Shown here one piece after another: positions 10,357 to 19,553 of a stretch of DNA of 64,000 nucleotides. Each line of letters begins with the position of its first letter. The first letter of the stretch is position 1. The notes under the pieces were generated by a model that saw only the letters and a list, made by a program, of their open reading frames with translations, was not told the DNA's origin and made no database searches. The DNA comes from a bacterium (GTDB taxonomy: Bacteria; UBA8248). A program made the position numbers and the translations under genes. Location: the NCBI GenBank assembly GCA_965203325.1, contig OZ241875.1, positions 2,400,001-2,464,000 on the forward strand, written 5' to 3'.

Positions 10357-10833
10357 GTGCGGAAAGCCGATATTTACACAGCCGTCATTTTTATACTCTA
10401 CAGCGTCATCGGCTTTTTCTATATCATTCCCACGCAGATTCAATACGCCATTCCGCCCGAAGAAGTCACGAACGCCGTCTTTTTACCCACTTTCTTCCCC
10501 ACCTCCGCCGTCGTCACGTTCGGGCTGGTGAGTGCGATGTTCCTGTTCGGGGCTCTCAGGCGGAGTGAAGCGGGCGGGCAGGTGATTTCGGGCAAAAGGG
10601 CGTTATGCCAAGTCTGCGCCGTTTTCGTTCTATGCTACGTCTACGTCGAGTCTTTGGCGTATTTCGGTTTTCTGGTGAGTACTCCCGTATTTCTCGCAAT
10701 CCTCGTTACGTCCATGGGCACGCGCGACTGGCGTTACGTTGCGGCGATGTCGATCCTGTTTCCCATCGTGGTGAACTATTTCTTCTGGTTCGCCTTCAAG
10801 CTGGCGCTGCCCGAGGGCAGTCTCTTCAGTTAG
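10357..10833 (+). CDS. tctB: Tripartite tricarboxylate transporter small membrane subunit TctB
   Basis: About 4-5 TM helices, 'PTFFP', 'GFLVST', C-terminal 'LALPEG'; immediately upstream of tctA. Confidence 0.85.
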   Translation: MRKADIYTAVIFILYSVIGFFYIIPTQIQYAIPPEEVTNAVFLPTFFPTSAVVTFGLVSAMFLFGALRRSEAGGQVISGKRALCQVCAVFVLCYVYVESLAYFGFLVSTPVFLAILVTSMGTRDWRYVAAMSILFPIVVNYFFWFAFKLALPEGSLFS

Positions 10834-10840
10834 GGCGCGT

Positions 10841-12379
10841 ATGTTCGAACAGATAATCCAGGGAGTTACGATGGCGCTTACGTGGCAGGGTATCGCCATG
10901 ATAGCGCTGGGCGTCTTCGTGGGCATCACGGTGGGCGCCATTCCGGGGCTCACCAGCGTGATGGCGACGGCGATTCTGGTTCCCTTCTCCTTTTTCATGC
11001 CTCCCGTGCTGGGCATTCCCTTCTTGCTGGGGATTCACAAGGGAACCCTTTTCGGAGGTTCCATCCCCGCCATTCTGGTGAACACGCCGGGAACCGCGCC
11101 TGCTGCTGCGACGTGTATGGACGGGTTTCCGCTCGCGCAAAAAGGAGAGGCGAGGAGCGCGATCCAGATGGCGCTCTACTCCTCGACCATCGGCGATACT
11201 TTCAGCGATCTCGTGCTGATTCTCGCGGCGCTTCCGCTGGCCGCTGTGGCGCTCCTGTTCGGGCCGACCGAATTTTTTGGACTCCTGCTCATGGGGCTGG
11301 CCATCATTTCCAGCGTGACGGGCGCCTCCCTGGTGAAAGGCGTGTTGTCGGCCCTCATCGGACTCCAGCTCGGCATGGTGGGCACGGACATCATCTCGGG
11401 CGGAGAGCGCTTCACGTTTGGTCTTCACGGACTGGCCGAAGGGATTGGGGTGGTTCCCCTGCTCATCGGGCTTTTCGCCGTGAGCGAGGTGTTCATACAG
11501 GCGGAAAAAAAGGCTTCCGTCCTCTCGAGCCCGCCCGATACCCTGCATCTGCGAGGCGGCAGGAAACTCAAGATCATCGAGGTCTGGTATTCGGCGCGCA
11601 CCATCGTGCGCTCGTCCATGATAGGCACCTTCGTCGGCGCGATTCCAGGCACCGGAGCAGCCATCGCCACCTTCGTGAGCTACGCGGCGGCGAAACGGGC
11701 TTCCAAGAAACCCGAAGAGTACGGCCACGGCAGCTACGAGGGCGTCGCGGCCTCTGAAGCCGCCAACAGCGCCGTCGCGGGCGCCGACCTCATCCCCACC
11801 CTCACTTTCGGTATTCCGGGAGACCCGAGCGCGGCGATCCTCATGGGCGCGTTCATCGCCCAGGGGCTGCGGCCCGGCCCGAGCCTTTTCCAGGAACACG
11901 CCCCCGTCATGTACGCCATCTTCACCCTGCTGCTGATAGGGAACCCCATCATGCTGGTTCAGGGCTGGCTCTTGACGGGCATGTTCGCCAAGATCGTCAC
12001 CATCCGCCAGTCGTTACTGGTGCCGGGCATCATCGTCTCCTGTCTGGTGGGGGCGTACGTCTATCACAGCAACCTGGGAGACCTCGTGCTGGCGCTCGTC
12101 GCGGGCCTGTTCGGATACGGGTTTAGAAAACTCAAGTTTCCGATGGCACCGCTCGTCATCGCATTCATCCTGGCGCCCAGGGCGGAAGAAGCGCTTCAGC
12201 AGGCGCTTATCATCTCCGACGGCGATTATTCTGTCTTCATCACTCGCCCCATCGCGGCTTGTTTCATCGGTTTGACCGTGCTCATGCTGGTGACCAGCAT
12301 CTGGAAGCGACCGTGGGCCGAGACCATGAGGCCGCAAACGGTAGCCGATTCATCCAATTCAAAGGAGGAACCAAAATGA
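10841..12379 (+). CDS. tctA: Tripartite tricarboxylate transporter large permease TctA
   Basis: 'GAIPGL', 'GGSIPAILVNTPG', 'DGFPLAQKG', 'EGVAASEAAN', 'LTFGIPG'. Confidence 0.95.
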   Translation: MFEQIIQGVTMALTWQGIAMIALGVFVGITVGAIPGLTSVMATAILVPFSFFMPPVLGIPFLLGIHKGTLFGGSIPAILVNTPGTAPAAATCMDGFPLAQKGEARSAIQMALYSSTIGDTFSDLVLILAALPLAAVALLFGPTEFFGLLLMGLAIISSVTGASLVKGVLSALIGLQLGMVGTDIISGGERFTFGLHGLAEGIGVVPLLIGLFAVSEVFIQAEKKASVLSSPPDTLHLRGGRKLKIIEVWYSARTIVRSSMIGTFVGAIPGTGAAIATFVSYAAAKRASKKPEEYGHGSYEGVAASEAANSAVAGADLIPTLTFGIPGDPSAAILMGAFIAQGLRPGPSLFQEHAPVMYAIFTLLLIGNPIMLVQGWLLTGMFAKIVTIRQSLLVPGIIVSCLVGAYVYHSNLGDLVLALVAGLFGYGFRKLKFPMAPLVIAFILAPRAEEALQQALIISDGDYSVFITRPIAACFIGLTVLMLVTSIWKRPWAETMRPQTVADSSNSKEEPK

Positions 12380-13365
12380 TGCGCAAAACATGGAAGATCG
12401 CCCTGGCGGTAGTCTTGTCGCTCGGGCTCCTCGCTTTCACCGCCCCCCCCGCGGCGGCGGACAAGTATCCCTCGAAACCCATCAAGATCATCGTGCCTCT
12501 GGGCGCGGGCGGATCGCACGACCTCCACTCGCGCGCCGTGGCGAGCGTGCTTCACCAGTACATCGGTCAGCCCGCTTACGTGCAGCTCATGCCGGGCGGC
12601 GGCGGAAAGATAGGGATGGGAGCGCTCAAGCGCGCCAAGCCGGACGGCTACACCCTCGCGATGGGCGCGAACAGCCATCTCTACATGTCGCCCCACGTGA
12701 AGGACATGGGTTTCGACCCCTTCAAGGATTTCATCCCCGTGTTCCAGATCAACGAACTGCCCTACATGCTGGCCACGCTGGGGAACCAGCCGTGGAAGAA
12801 CTTCAAGGAATACATCGCCGCGGCGAAGAAGAGCAAAGGCAAGATCAAGCACGGCTCCACGGGGACGTATGGCCTGAGCCACACCATGATGCTCAAGATC
12901 GCATACGACACGAAGGCCCCGTTGCCCCACGTTCCCTTCCGCGGCGGCGGCCCGGCCATGAAAGCCATGCTGGGCGGACACGTGCAAACGGCGGGCGCCA
13001 ACCCGGCGACGGGCGGCGTTCTCTCCAACTACAAGTCCGGTAAAATCCGCATTCTGGGCGTCGCCGCCGCCAAGCGGTTCCCGCTGTTCCCGGACGTGCC
13101 GACATTCAGGGAGCAGGGGGTGGACCTCCTGCTGTCTTCGAAGCGCATCGTCATGGCGCCGGCGGGAACGCCCAAGGATCGCATTGAAATCCTGGAGAAG
13201 GCCCTGCTCAAGGTGGCGAAGGACAAGACCTTCAAGCGTCTGCTCAGGAAGATGGGCGTCAAGGCCGAACCTGTCGTCGGCGAGAAGCTCCTGAAAGAGG
13301 TGAGAGCGGAATACGAGAGCAACAAGGACATCTACAAGAACGCAGGGGTGAAGATCAGAAACTGA
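12376..13365 (+). CDS. tctC: Tripartite tricarboxylate transporter substrate-binding protein (TctC/Bug)
   Basis: Signal peptide, 'YPSKPIKIIVP..AGGS.D', 'PDGYTL', 'HVPFRGGG', 'PDVPTFREQG'; AGGAGG SD; ATGA overlap with the tctA stop. Confidence 0.95.
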   Translation: MMRKTWKIALAVVLSLGLLAFTAPPAAADKYPSKPIKIIVPLGAGGSHDLHSRAVASVLHQYIGQPAYVQLMPGGGGKIGMGALKRAKPDGYTLAMGANSHLYMSPHVKDMGFDPFKDFIPVFQINELPYMLATLGNQPWKNFKEYIAAAKKSKGKIKHGSTGTYGLSHTMMLKIAYDTKAPLPHVPFRGGGPAMKAMLGGHVQTAGANPATGGVLSNYKSGKIRILGVAAAKRFPLFPDVPTFREQGVDLLLSSKRIVMAPAGTPKDRIEILEKALLKVAKDKTFKRLLRKMGVKAEPVVGEKLLKEVRAEYESNKDIYKNAGVKIRN

Positions 13366-13396
13366 AGACTCAAGCGTTCAGAAAAGCCGGTTTTCA

Positions 13397-13425
13397 AGGC
13401 GGGGGTGTGCTACGCGCCCCCGCCT
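13397..13425 (+). terminator. GC-rich hairpin downstream of tctC (terminator or mRNA-stabilising stem)
   Basis: AGGCGGGGGTGTG-CTA-CGCGCCCCCGCCT; only a weak U tract follows. Confidence 0.45.
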
Positions 13426-13456
13426 CGGCGTTTAGTTTATAAGTGGAGCGTGAATC

Positions 13457-14320
13457 ATGCGGCGCCTGAGCGATCATCTCGTGGCGGAGACGGAATATCT
13501 CTGGGCGAACGTGGGCGCTGCCGTCACCGAGGCTGGCGTGGTGCTCATCGACTGTCCCGTGCGCCCCTCGGACTCGCGGGTTTGGCAAGAGAAATTAAGG
13601 GCCCTAAGTCCCAAGGGCATCCGCTGCCGCATATCGACGGATTATCACGGTGATCACACCATTGGTGCTGCGTTCATCGAAGATGCGGGGGTCGTCTCCA
13701 TCGCGCCTCAGCGCGTGTACGATGCGCTCGCCGCGAAGGAAGGCTCTCTCGCCGGACGCGAGACTTTCATCGACACGCTGGATGACATCGGCGCGCATGA
13801 TGAGGCGAAAGAGGTCGCGGAAGCCGTCCTGCCCCTCCCGCAGGTGTGCTTCGATGAGGGAATGACACTCCACTTGCATCCACTGACATTTCAGATTTAC
13901 CGCCTGGGCGGCCACACGCCCGCCTGCAGTTCGGTATACGTGCCCGAAGAAGGCGTCATCTTCACGGGCGACGTGATGATCAACGAACCGGGCCCCGGCA
14001 TGCGCGAGGCGCGCTTTCGGGAGTGGATCGGGGCGCTCGCGTGGATGGAGAGCCTGCCCGTGGCGCACGTCGTCCCCGGCCACGGGGAGATATGCGGCGT
14101 TGAGGAGGTGCGCCGCTTCAGGAACGAATTCGAGGAAATGTGGGGGATGATGGAGAGATTGGTGGAAAAGGGTATGACGCAGGAGGACGCCTCAACCGAC
14201 GATTCGTTCGAGAAATTCTTCTGGTCCGATACGGGGCGGGGCGAATCGTGGATTGCGCACAGGCGAAGGACTTTCAGGCGGGGGCTCGAGAACCTCTACG
14301 CGGAGGTGAAGGAGGGATAG
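13457..14320 (+). CDS. MBL-fold metallo-hydrolase (cyclase-like)
   Basis: 'VLID', 'TDYHGDH' (variant HxHxDH), 'GGHT', 'FTGD', 'VPGHG'. Confidence 0.9.
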   Translation: MRRLSDHLVAETEYLWANVGAAVTEAGVVLIDCPVRPSDSRVWQEKLRALSPKGIRCRISTDYHGDHTIGAAFIEDAGVVSIAPQRVYDALAAKEGSLAGRETFIDTLDDIGAHDEAKEVAEAVLPLPQVCFDEGMTLHLHPLTFQIYRLGGHTPACSSVYVPEEGVIFTGDVMINEPGPGMREARFREWIGALAWMESLPVAHVVPGHGEICGVEEVRRFRNEFEEMWGMMERLVEKGMTQEDASTDDSFEKFFWSDTGRGESWIAHRRRTFRRGLENLYAEVKEG

Positions 14321-14322
14321 CA

Positions 14323-14739
14323 ATGCGAGCGGAAGAGAAGAAGCTGGGCCGCGTTTTTCATCTGGAATTCGATGAGGACGATGATTTCTTCGATGAGTTC
14401 GAGCGTTTCGTCATCAAGGAGAACATACGGAGCGCCTCGCTCATCGTGTTCGGCGCGCTCAAGGAATCGGACATCCGCACGGGTTTCCGGGAGGTAATCG
14501 GCCCATCGGCGCGGCGCTATTTCCACGACTGGCGCGAACTCATCGCCGTGGGGAACATCTCCTGGCCCGAACAGCCGCCCGCCGTTAGGGACGATGAAAC
14601 GTGGGAGGAACCCAAACCCTACATCCACCTCCACCTGGCGCTGAGCGGCGGCCCCTATCAGCCGGGCGAAGTCCTCGTCGGCCACCTGAGCGGGGGCGTC
14701 GTGAAGGGCATGTTCGCCGAAGTGCACGAGTTCATTTGA
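14323..14739 (+). CDS. PPC/DUF296 domain protein
   Basis: 'GALK', 'ELIAVGNI', 'YIHLHLALS', 'VGHL'; GGAGG SD before ATG 14323. Confidence 0.8.
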   Translation: MRAEEKKLGRVFHLEFDEDDDFFDEFERFVIKENIRSASLIVFGALKESDIRTGFREVIGPSARRYFHDWRELIAVGNISWPEQPPAVRDDETWEEPKPYIHLHLALSGGPYQPGEVLVGHLSGGVVKGMFAEVHEFI

Positions 14740-14752
14740 GCAGAGAAACCTC

Positions 14753-15376
14753 ATGGAAGCGGAGAGAAGAATTCAGGAGAACGCCGACAAGAGCGAGATA
14801 AAGGACGTTCTTTCGGTCGTGAACTACGCGCGCGACGCAGGCCTCTGGGAGGCGTGGCGTGAGTGCTATCACCCCGACGCCACGCTCACGACCTCGTGGT
14901 TCAGCGGAACGCGGGATGAATTCGTCGAAGCCGCGAAGAAGATGAAAATCGCCCGCCATCCCGGCGAGAGCCAGAAACACACCGTCACGAACCCCTGGGT
15001 TCGCTTAGGCGGCGCGCGCGCCGCCGCGGAGCACGACCTGATCCTCTACCAGAGAAGGCTCATCGACGGCGTGGTGCTCGATTTCACCACCTGGAGCCGC
15101 GTCCTCGCATTGCTCGAAAAACGGGACGGCGCGTGGCGCATCTGGAAGCGGACCAACATCTACGAAAAAGACAGGATGGACCCCTACAAGCCCGACGAAG
15201 TGCCCGTCTCGTTCTACGCATCCATCGACCTCGCAGGCTACCCGGCGGCCATTCGCTACCATTGCTGGCGGAACGCGAAAATCGGCCACCCGCCAGCTAA
15301 AGGCATCGTTCTCCAGCACAGCGCGGAAGAGGCGGCCGTCCGGGAGGAGGCGGAGGCGTGGCTTGCGGGGAAATAG
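14753..15376 (+). CDS. SnoaL/NTF2-like family protein
   Basis: 'YARDAGLW...CYHPDA', 'KHTVTN', 'EKRDGAWRI..R..IYEKD'. Confidence 0.8.
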   Translation: MEAERRIQENADKSEIKDVLSVVNYARDAGLWEAWRECYHPDATLTTSWFSGTRDEFVEAAKKMKIARHPGESQKHTVTNPWVRLGGARAAAEHDLILYQRRLIDGVVLDFTTWSRVLALLEKRDGAWRIWKRTNIYEKDRMDPYKPDEVPVSFYASIDLAGYPAAIRYHCWRNAKIGHPPAKGIVLQHSAEEAAVREEAEAWLAGK

Positions 15377-15379
15377 CCT

Positions 15380-15499
15380 GTAGGGACAGGTCGCGACCTG
15401 TCCCTACTTGATTATCCTTCATCAGGACAGGCACGGGGGCCTGTCCCTACCACTTAATACCTACCGACTCGGTTGACCCGAAACGCCGTCATTCCGGCG
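15380..15499. repeat. REP cluster: GTAG-family palindromes plus a truncated CGTC-family REP
   Basis: Perfect 28-bp palindrome GTAGGGACAGGTCGCGACCTGTCCCTAC (15380-15407); GGACAGGC-ACGGGG-GCCTGTCCCTAC (15425-15450); GCCGTCATTCCGGCG (15485-15499), identical to 39085-39099. Confidence 0.8.
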
Positions 15500-15508
15500 C
15501 CGAGGCGT

Positions 15509-17854
15509 TTAGGGGTCGTCCGGACGGGGCATGCGGTAGCCGACTCGGAGCTCGGTCAGGATGTAGGCGGGCCTCTTGGCGTCGTCGCCGAGCTTCTTGC
15601 GCAGCCTCTTGACGTAGGCCCGCACGATCTTCGCGTCGCTGTTCCGGCCGCTCCAGACCTGTCGCAGCAGGGCATCGTATGTCAACACACGCCCGGCGCC
15701 CAGCGAGAGGGTGCGCAGCAGATCGTATTCCGTTGCCGTGAGCGCGACAGGGCGCCCGCCTACGCTCACCCGGCGCCGGTCGTAGTCGATGGCGAGGTCG
15801 CCCAGCATGAAGGGTTCCGGCCTGGTCCGGCGCCGGAGCGCTGCCCGGACCCGCGCCATCAGTTCGGTCGGCGAGAAGGGCTTGACGATGTAGTCCTCGG
15901 CGCCCGCCTCGAGCGCCCGCGCGATTGTCTCGTCCCGGCCGTAGCCGGAGATAAAAACGACCGGGACGTCCGAGAGCCCGGCAACCTGTTCCATCAGTTC
16001 GATGCCATCGGTCCCCGGCAGCATCAGGTCGAGCAGAACCAGGGCGGGCTTCTCCGTATCGAGGACGTGCACGAGATCCTCATGGCCGCCCGCCACCAGT
16101 GGGGCGTAGCCCGCCTCGCCTAACGCGTCGCGGACAAAGCGCAGCATCTCCGGATCGTCGTCGACCACGAGGATGCGCGTCCGTTCGCCGTCGTCGATAC
16201 GTGCCGTCGTACGGCTTCGCTCGGCGCCGGCAGCGGCCCCACCGGTATCGTCGGCTGCTAGGAGCGTGAAGGTGAAGCGCGCTCCCTGGCCGGGCCCGCC
16301 ACTCTCGGCCCGGATGCGCCCGCCATGCGCCTCGACCAGGCCCTTGCAGATAGCGAGGCCGAGCCCGCCCCCGGCCCAGCGCTTTCCGTCGCGGGCATAT
16401 TTGCGGAACAGCTTCGCCAGCCGCTCCGGTGTAAGGCCGTGACCCTCGTCGGATACAGCTATCGCGACGTGGACGCCCTCGCGAGCCGCCTCGACCCGGA
16501 TTGGCGAAGACTCTGGCGAGTACCGGGCGGCGTTGGCGAGCAGGTTGTTCAGCACTTGCACGATGCGCTCCCGGTCGGCCAAGACCTGGGGGAGGTCTGG
16601 CGGCAGGTCGATGACCACCCGGTGACGGCCGCCGCCGGAAAGGAAAGTGATACGCGCCCGATCGAGCAGGTCCGCCACCTCCGAAGTCTCGGGCGCGACC
16701 GAGAGCGTACCCGTCTCGATGCGCCCGGCGTCGAGCAGGTTGCCGATCAGGCTGTCCATGCGGTCGGCCTGCTCCTCGATGATGCGGAAGAACTGTTCGA
16801 TTTCTGCCGGTGCGAAGTTCCGCGAGTGACCGAGCACCGTGGCGGCCGAGCCCTTGATCGAGGCCAGGGGCGCGCGCAGCTCGTGGCTCACCATGCTCAG
16901 GAATCCGGCCCGCATGCGCTCCAGATCCTCGAGTGGTGCGAGGTCCTGCATGGTGACCACCACGGAGACGAACGCGCCGTCCTCGCCGCGGATCGGGGTG
17001 GCGTTAATCAGCGTGGTCACGCTGCGACCATCGGGGACGGAGAATTCGATCTCCTCGGCGCGCATCGTCTCCGCGCTGGTCAGCACCGCGGCCATGGGCA
17101 ACTCGGCGAGCGCAATCTCGCGCCCGTCTGCGAACCTGCAAGTCATGATCTCAAGCAATTGCTCCGGCGGCTTGCCCGGCATGCGCAGCCTCTCCACAAT
17201 CCGCCTCGCCTCACGGTTGAACGAGACCGGGTTGCCACTCGCCGCGTCGAACACGACCACTCCGACCGGCGAGGTTTCGATGAGTGCTTCGAGGTCGGCG
17301 CGGGCGCGTTGCTCGTCGTGGTAGGCGCGGGCATGGGCGATGGCGGCCGCTGCCTGAGCGGCGAACAGTACCAGCACCGCCTCGTCCTCGTCGGTGAACG
17401 CCTCGCCGCCTTCCTTCTCGGCAAGGTAGAAGTTGCCGACGTGCGCCCCCCGGTGGCGCATCGGCGTTCCCTGGAAAGTCTTCAGCGTCGACGGCAGGAA
17501 ATCCGCCGAGAAGCCGAGCGAGCAGATATAGCCAGGCAAGTCGGCGATGCGCAGCGGCCCCGGCATGTCGCGGAAGAACGCGAAGAGCTTCGGGCCGTCG
17601 GGCCATTCGAGCATGTTGCGATACTCCTCTTCGGTAAAGCCTGAGGAGACGAAGTCCCGGGGCGCGCCTGTTTCGTCGATGGTGGAGATGCCGCTGTAAC
17701 GCGCGCCGGTCAGCGCGCGGGCGCTTTCCACCACCTCGTTGAGGACGGTCTTCAGATCGAGGCTCGCACCGATGCGCAGCATCGCCGCCGCCAAACCGGA
17801 ATGGCGCGCCTCATGCCTCTGCTCGGCGACTTCTCGGTCGTTAGGATTACTCAT
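15509..17854 (-). CDS. Cytoplasmic hybrid sensor-regulator: GAF-PAS-HisKA-HATPase-REC-OmpR-type wHTH
   Basis: H-box 'SHELRAPL', N-box 'QVLNNLLANA', G-boxes 'DEGHG' and 'GLGL', REC 'VVDDD/LDLMLP/KPFS', wHTH 'LTATEYDLL...LLRQVW...RLRKKL...VGYR'. No TM segment. Start may alternatively be 17926. Confidence 0.9.
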   Translation of the reverse strand: MSNPNDREVAEQRHEARHSGLAAAMLRIGASLDLKTVLNEVVESARALTGARYSGISTIDETGAPRDFVSSGFTEEEYRNMLEWPDGPKLFAFFRDMPGPLRIADLPGYICSLGFSADFLPSTLKTFQGTPMRHRGAHVGNFYLAEKEGGEAFTDEDEAVLVLFAAQAAAAIAHARAYHDEQRARADLEALIETSPVGVVVFDAASGNPVSFNREARRIVERLRMPGKPPEQLLEIMTCRFADGREIALAELPMAAVLTSAETMRAEEIEFSVPDGRSVTTLINATPIRGEDGAFVSVVVTMQDLAPLEDLERMRAGFLSMVSHELRAPLASIKGSAATVLGHSRNFAPAEIEQFFRIIEEQADRMDSLIGNLLDAGRIETGTLSVAPETSEVADLLDRARITFLSGGGRHRVVIDLPPDLPQVLADRERIVQVLNNLLANAARYSPESSPIRVEAAREGVHVAIAVSDEGHGLTPERLAKLFRKYARDGKRWAGGGLGLAICKGLVEAHGGRIRAESGGPGQGARFTFTLLAADDTGGAAAGAERSRTTARIDDGERTRILVVDDDPEMLRFVRDALGEAGYAPLVAGGHEDLVHVLDTEKPALVLLDLMLPGTDGIELMEQVAGLSDVPVVFISGYGRDETIARALEAGAEDYIVKPFSPTELMARVRAALRRRTRPEPFMLGDLAIDYDRRRVSVGGRPVALTATEYDLLRTLSLGAGRVLTYDALLRQVWSGRNSDAKIVRAYVKRLRKKLGDDAKRPAYILTELRVGYRMPRPDDP

Positions 17855-17925
17855 GGCATCTGCCCTCTCCCGGCGGGGGTTGGCCGGATCGGTTACCGGA
17901 AGATGCAGAATTCGTGCGGAAGTCA

Positions 17926-17947
17926 TGTGAATACTGAATTATTCACA
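17926..17947. promoter_or_regulatory. Perfect 8-6-8 palindrome, candidate operator upstream of the hybrid regulator
   Basis: TGTGAATA-CTGAAT-TATTCACA in an AT-rich promoter region. Confidence 0.45.
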
Positions 17948-18169
17948 CCTAATTCATATCATTATTCGTATAATCCATGCAATTGCAAAGGGCAAGTTCA
18001 AAGACTGCGACAGTTGGCGCATGGGCGACATGGAGAGCTTCGAGGCCTCCATGGGAAGGAGCATGTTCGCGGAACGTCATCAAGTCGCTCGTAATTTTTT
18101 TGGCAGGCCGAAGGCACTGTGGTCGATTCGTGGTCCAGGCTGGTTGCGACACAATCCATGAGGTATAGG

Positions 18170-18335
18170 TTCTTGAAGTGGGTTCCCGCCTGTCGGCCTT
18201 CCGGGGAAGGCCGACAGGTATTCAATTGGCAGCCGGGATCCGGTGATGGTTCCGGCATCCCGCGCAGTTCAAGGAGGTGGTAGAGCGTCTTCTCGGGGCG
18301 GAAACCACCTTCTGCGAAAGCCGCGAACCCTCCTT
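18170..18335. ncRNA. Candidate structured intergenic RNA or repeat element (unassigned)
   Basis: Several strong stems, including CCTGTCGGCCTTCC/GGAAGGCCGACAGG (18189-18218); no Rfam family recognised by eye. Confidence 0.25.
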
Positions 18336-18377
18336 CTGCGGGCGGTCTATTCCTCCCGCATTGGCCGGAATTGATCC

Positions 18378-19553
18378 TTAGGGCCTGAGCTTTTCCATCA
18401 GCCAGTCGGCGATGTAGGTGACGCCGAGCGAGAGGTTGTCGCGTTGGCAGTGCTGGGAGCCGCCCTCCTTCACCGTGAAAATCTTGAGCGTCTTGTCCTT
18501 CGAACCCACGGCGTTGAATAGTTTTCTCGCGTCGCGCGTGGGCACCTGCTTGTCGTCGATCCCGTGGGTGAGCAGAAAGGGACACCGCATTTTCTGCACC
18601 ACGCCGTCGAGGCGGAAACCCTCGAGTTTCTTGAAGGTGTCCTCGAAGTTCGTCGTGTTGAAAATCCACAGGATGTGGTGGCCCGGCACGGAGAGTTCCG
18701 TCTGCATCGAGGCGGCGACGCGCTTTTTCCACGTCGCGTGGTAATCCCAGCACGCCCCCCAGGCGACGCACGCCTTGTAGCGTCTCTCCATGCTGGCGAT
18801 GCGGGGCGCGTAGTATCCGCCCAGGCTGATGCCGATCACGGCGGCCTTCCGGGCGTTCACATCCCCGCGCGCCTCCAGATAATCGAGGGCGGCGGAGCCT
18901 GCGACCTCATAGTCGGGGCGTAGGTATTGTTCGCGGAACCGGATGGCCTCGCCCGTTCCCGGCCCGTCCATGACGAGGCAACTCATGCCGCGCCGCACGA
19001 ATTCCTCAACGCCGCGCAGGTATTGAATCTCCTTCGTGATGTCGAGACCGTCGAAGTAGACGACGACGGGCGGTTTGGCCTTTTTCGTGTTCTGCGCGTG
19101 CACGAAATACCCCGGCAGGTTCACGCCGTTCTCGTAAGGCACCTCCACGCGCTCGATCCGGGGCGCGTCGGTGAGCCTCGTGAAGCGCAAGAAGCTGTCG
19201 AGGGCGAGCCGGTAGGCGTCTTTCGCCCGCTTGTCCTTGGGCGTGCGGAAACGCTCGCCAATTTGAAAGTACATCGCGGCGCGCTTGTGGTGGTAGGCGG
19301 CGCTCAGGCGGTGTTTTTTCTTTTCCGCCTCCAGGCCTAAATCGCGCACCTTGTTCGCCATGCGCACCCACTCGCGGAACCATAGCGCGTCGTTTCCGAC
19401 GTCTTTCCTGAGCCGTCTGCCCACCTGATCGACCTCGCCGATGTCGGCTCCGCCCCAGGGGGCCACGGAGAGGCAGTTCACGACACCCGATGACCAGCGG
19501 TAATCCTCGGGGAAATAGGTGAACCATCGGGTGTTGGCGGGTGCTTCCGGCAT
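18378..19553 (-). CDS. Alpha/beta hydrolase (2,6-dihydroxy-pseudooxynicotine hydrolase/FrsA-like)
   Basis: 'FDGLD..KE', 'DGPGTGE', nucleophile elbow GISLGGYY, 'HGIDD', 'GGSQHC'. Confidence 0.85.
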   Translation of the reverse strand: MPEAPANTRWFTYFPEDYRWSSGVVNCLSVAPWGGADIGEVDQVGRRLRKDVGNDALWFREWVRMANKVRDLGLEAEKKKHRLSAAYHHKRAAMYFQIGERFRTPKDKRAKDAYRLALDSFLRFTRLTDAPRIERVEVPYENGVNLPGYFVHAQNTKKAKPPVVVYFDGLDITKEIQYLRGVEEFVRRGMSCLVMDGPGTGEAIRFREQYLRPDYEVAGSAALDYLEARGDVNARKAAVIGISLGGYYAPRIASMERRYKACVAWGACWDYHATWKKRVAASMQTELSVPGHHILWIFNTTNFEDTFKKLEGFRLDGVVQKMRCPFLLTHGIDDKQVPTRDARKLFNAVGSKDKTLKIFTVKEGGSQHCQRDNLSLGVTYIADWLMEKLRP

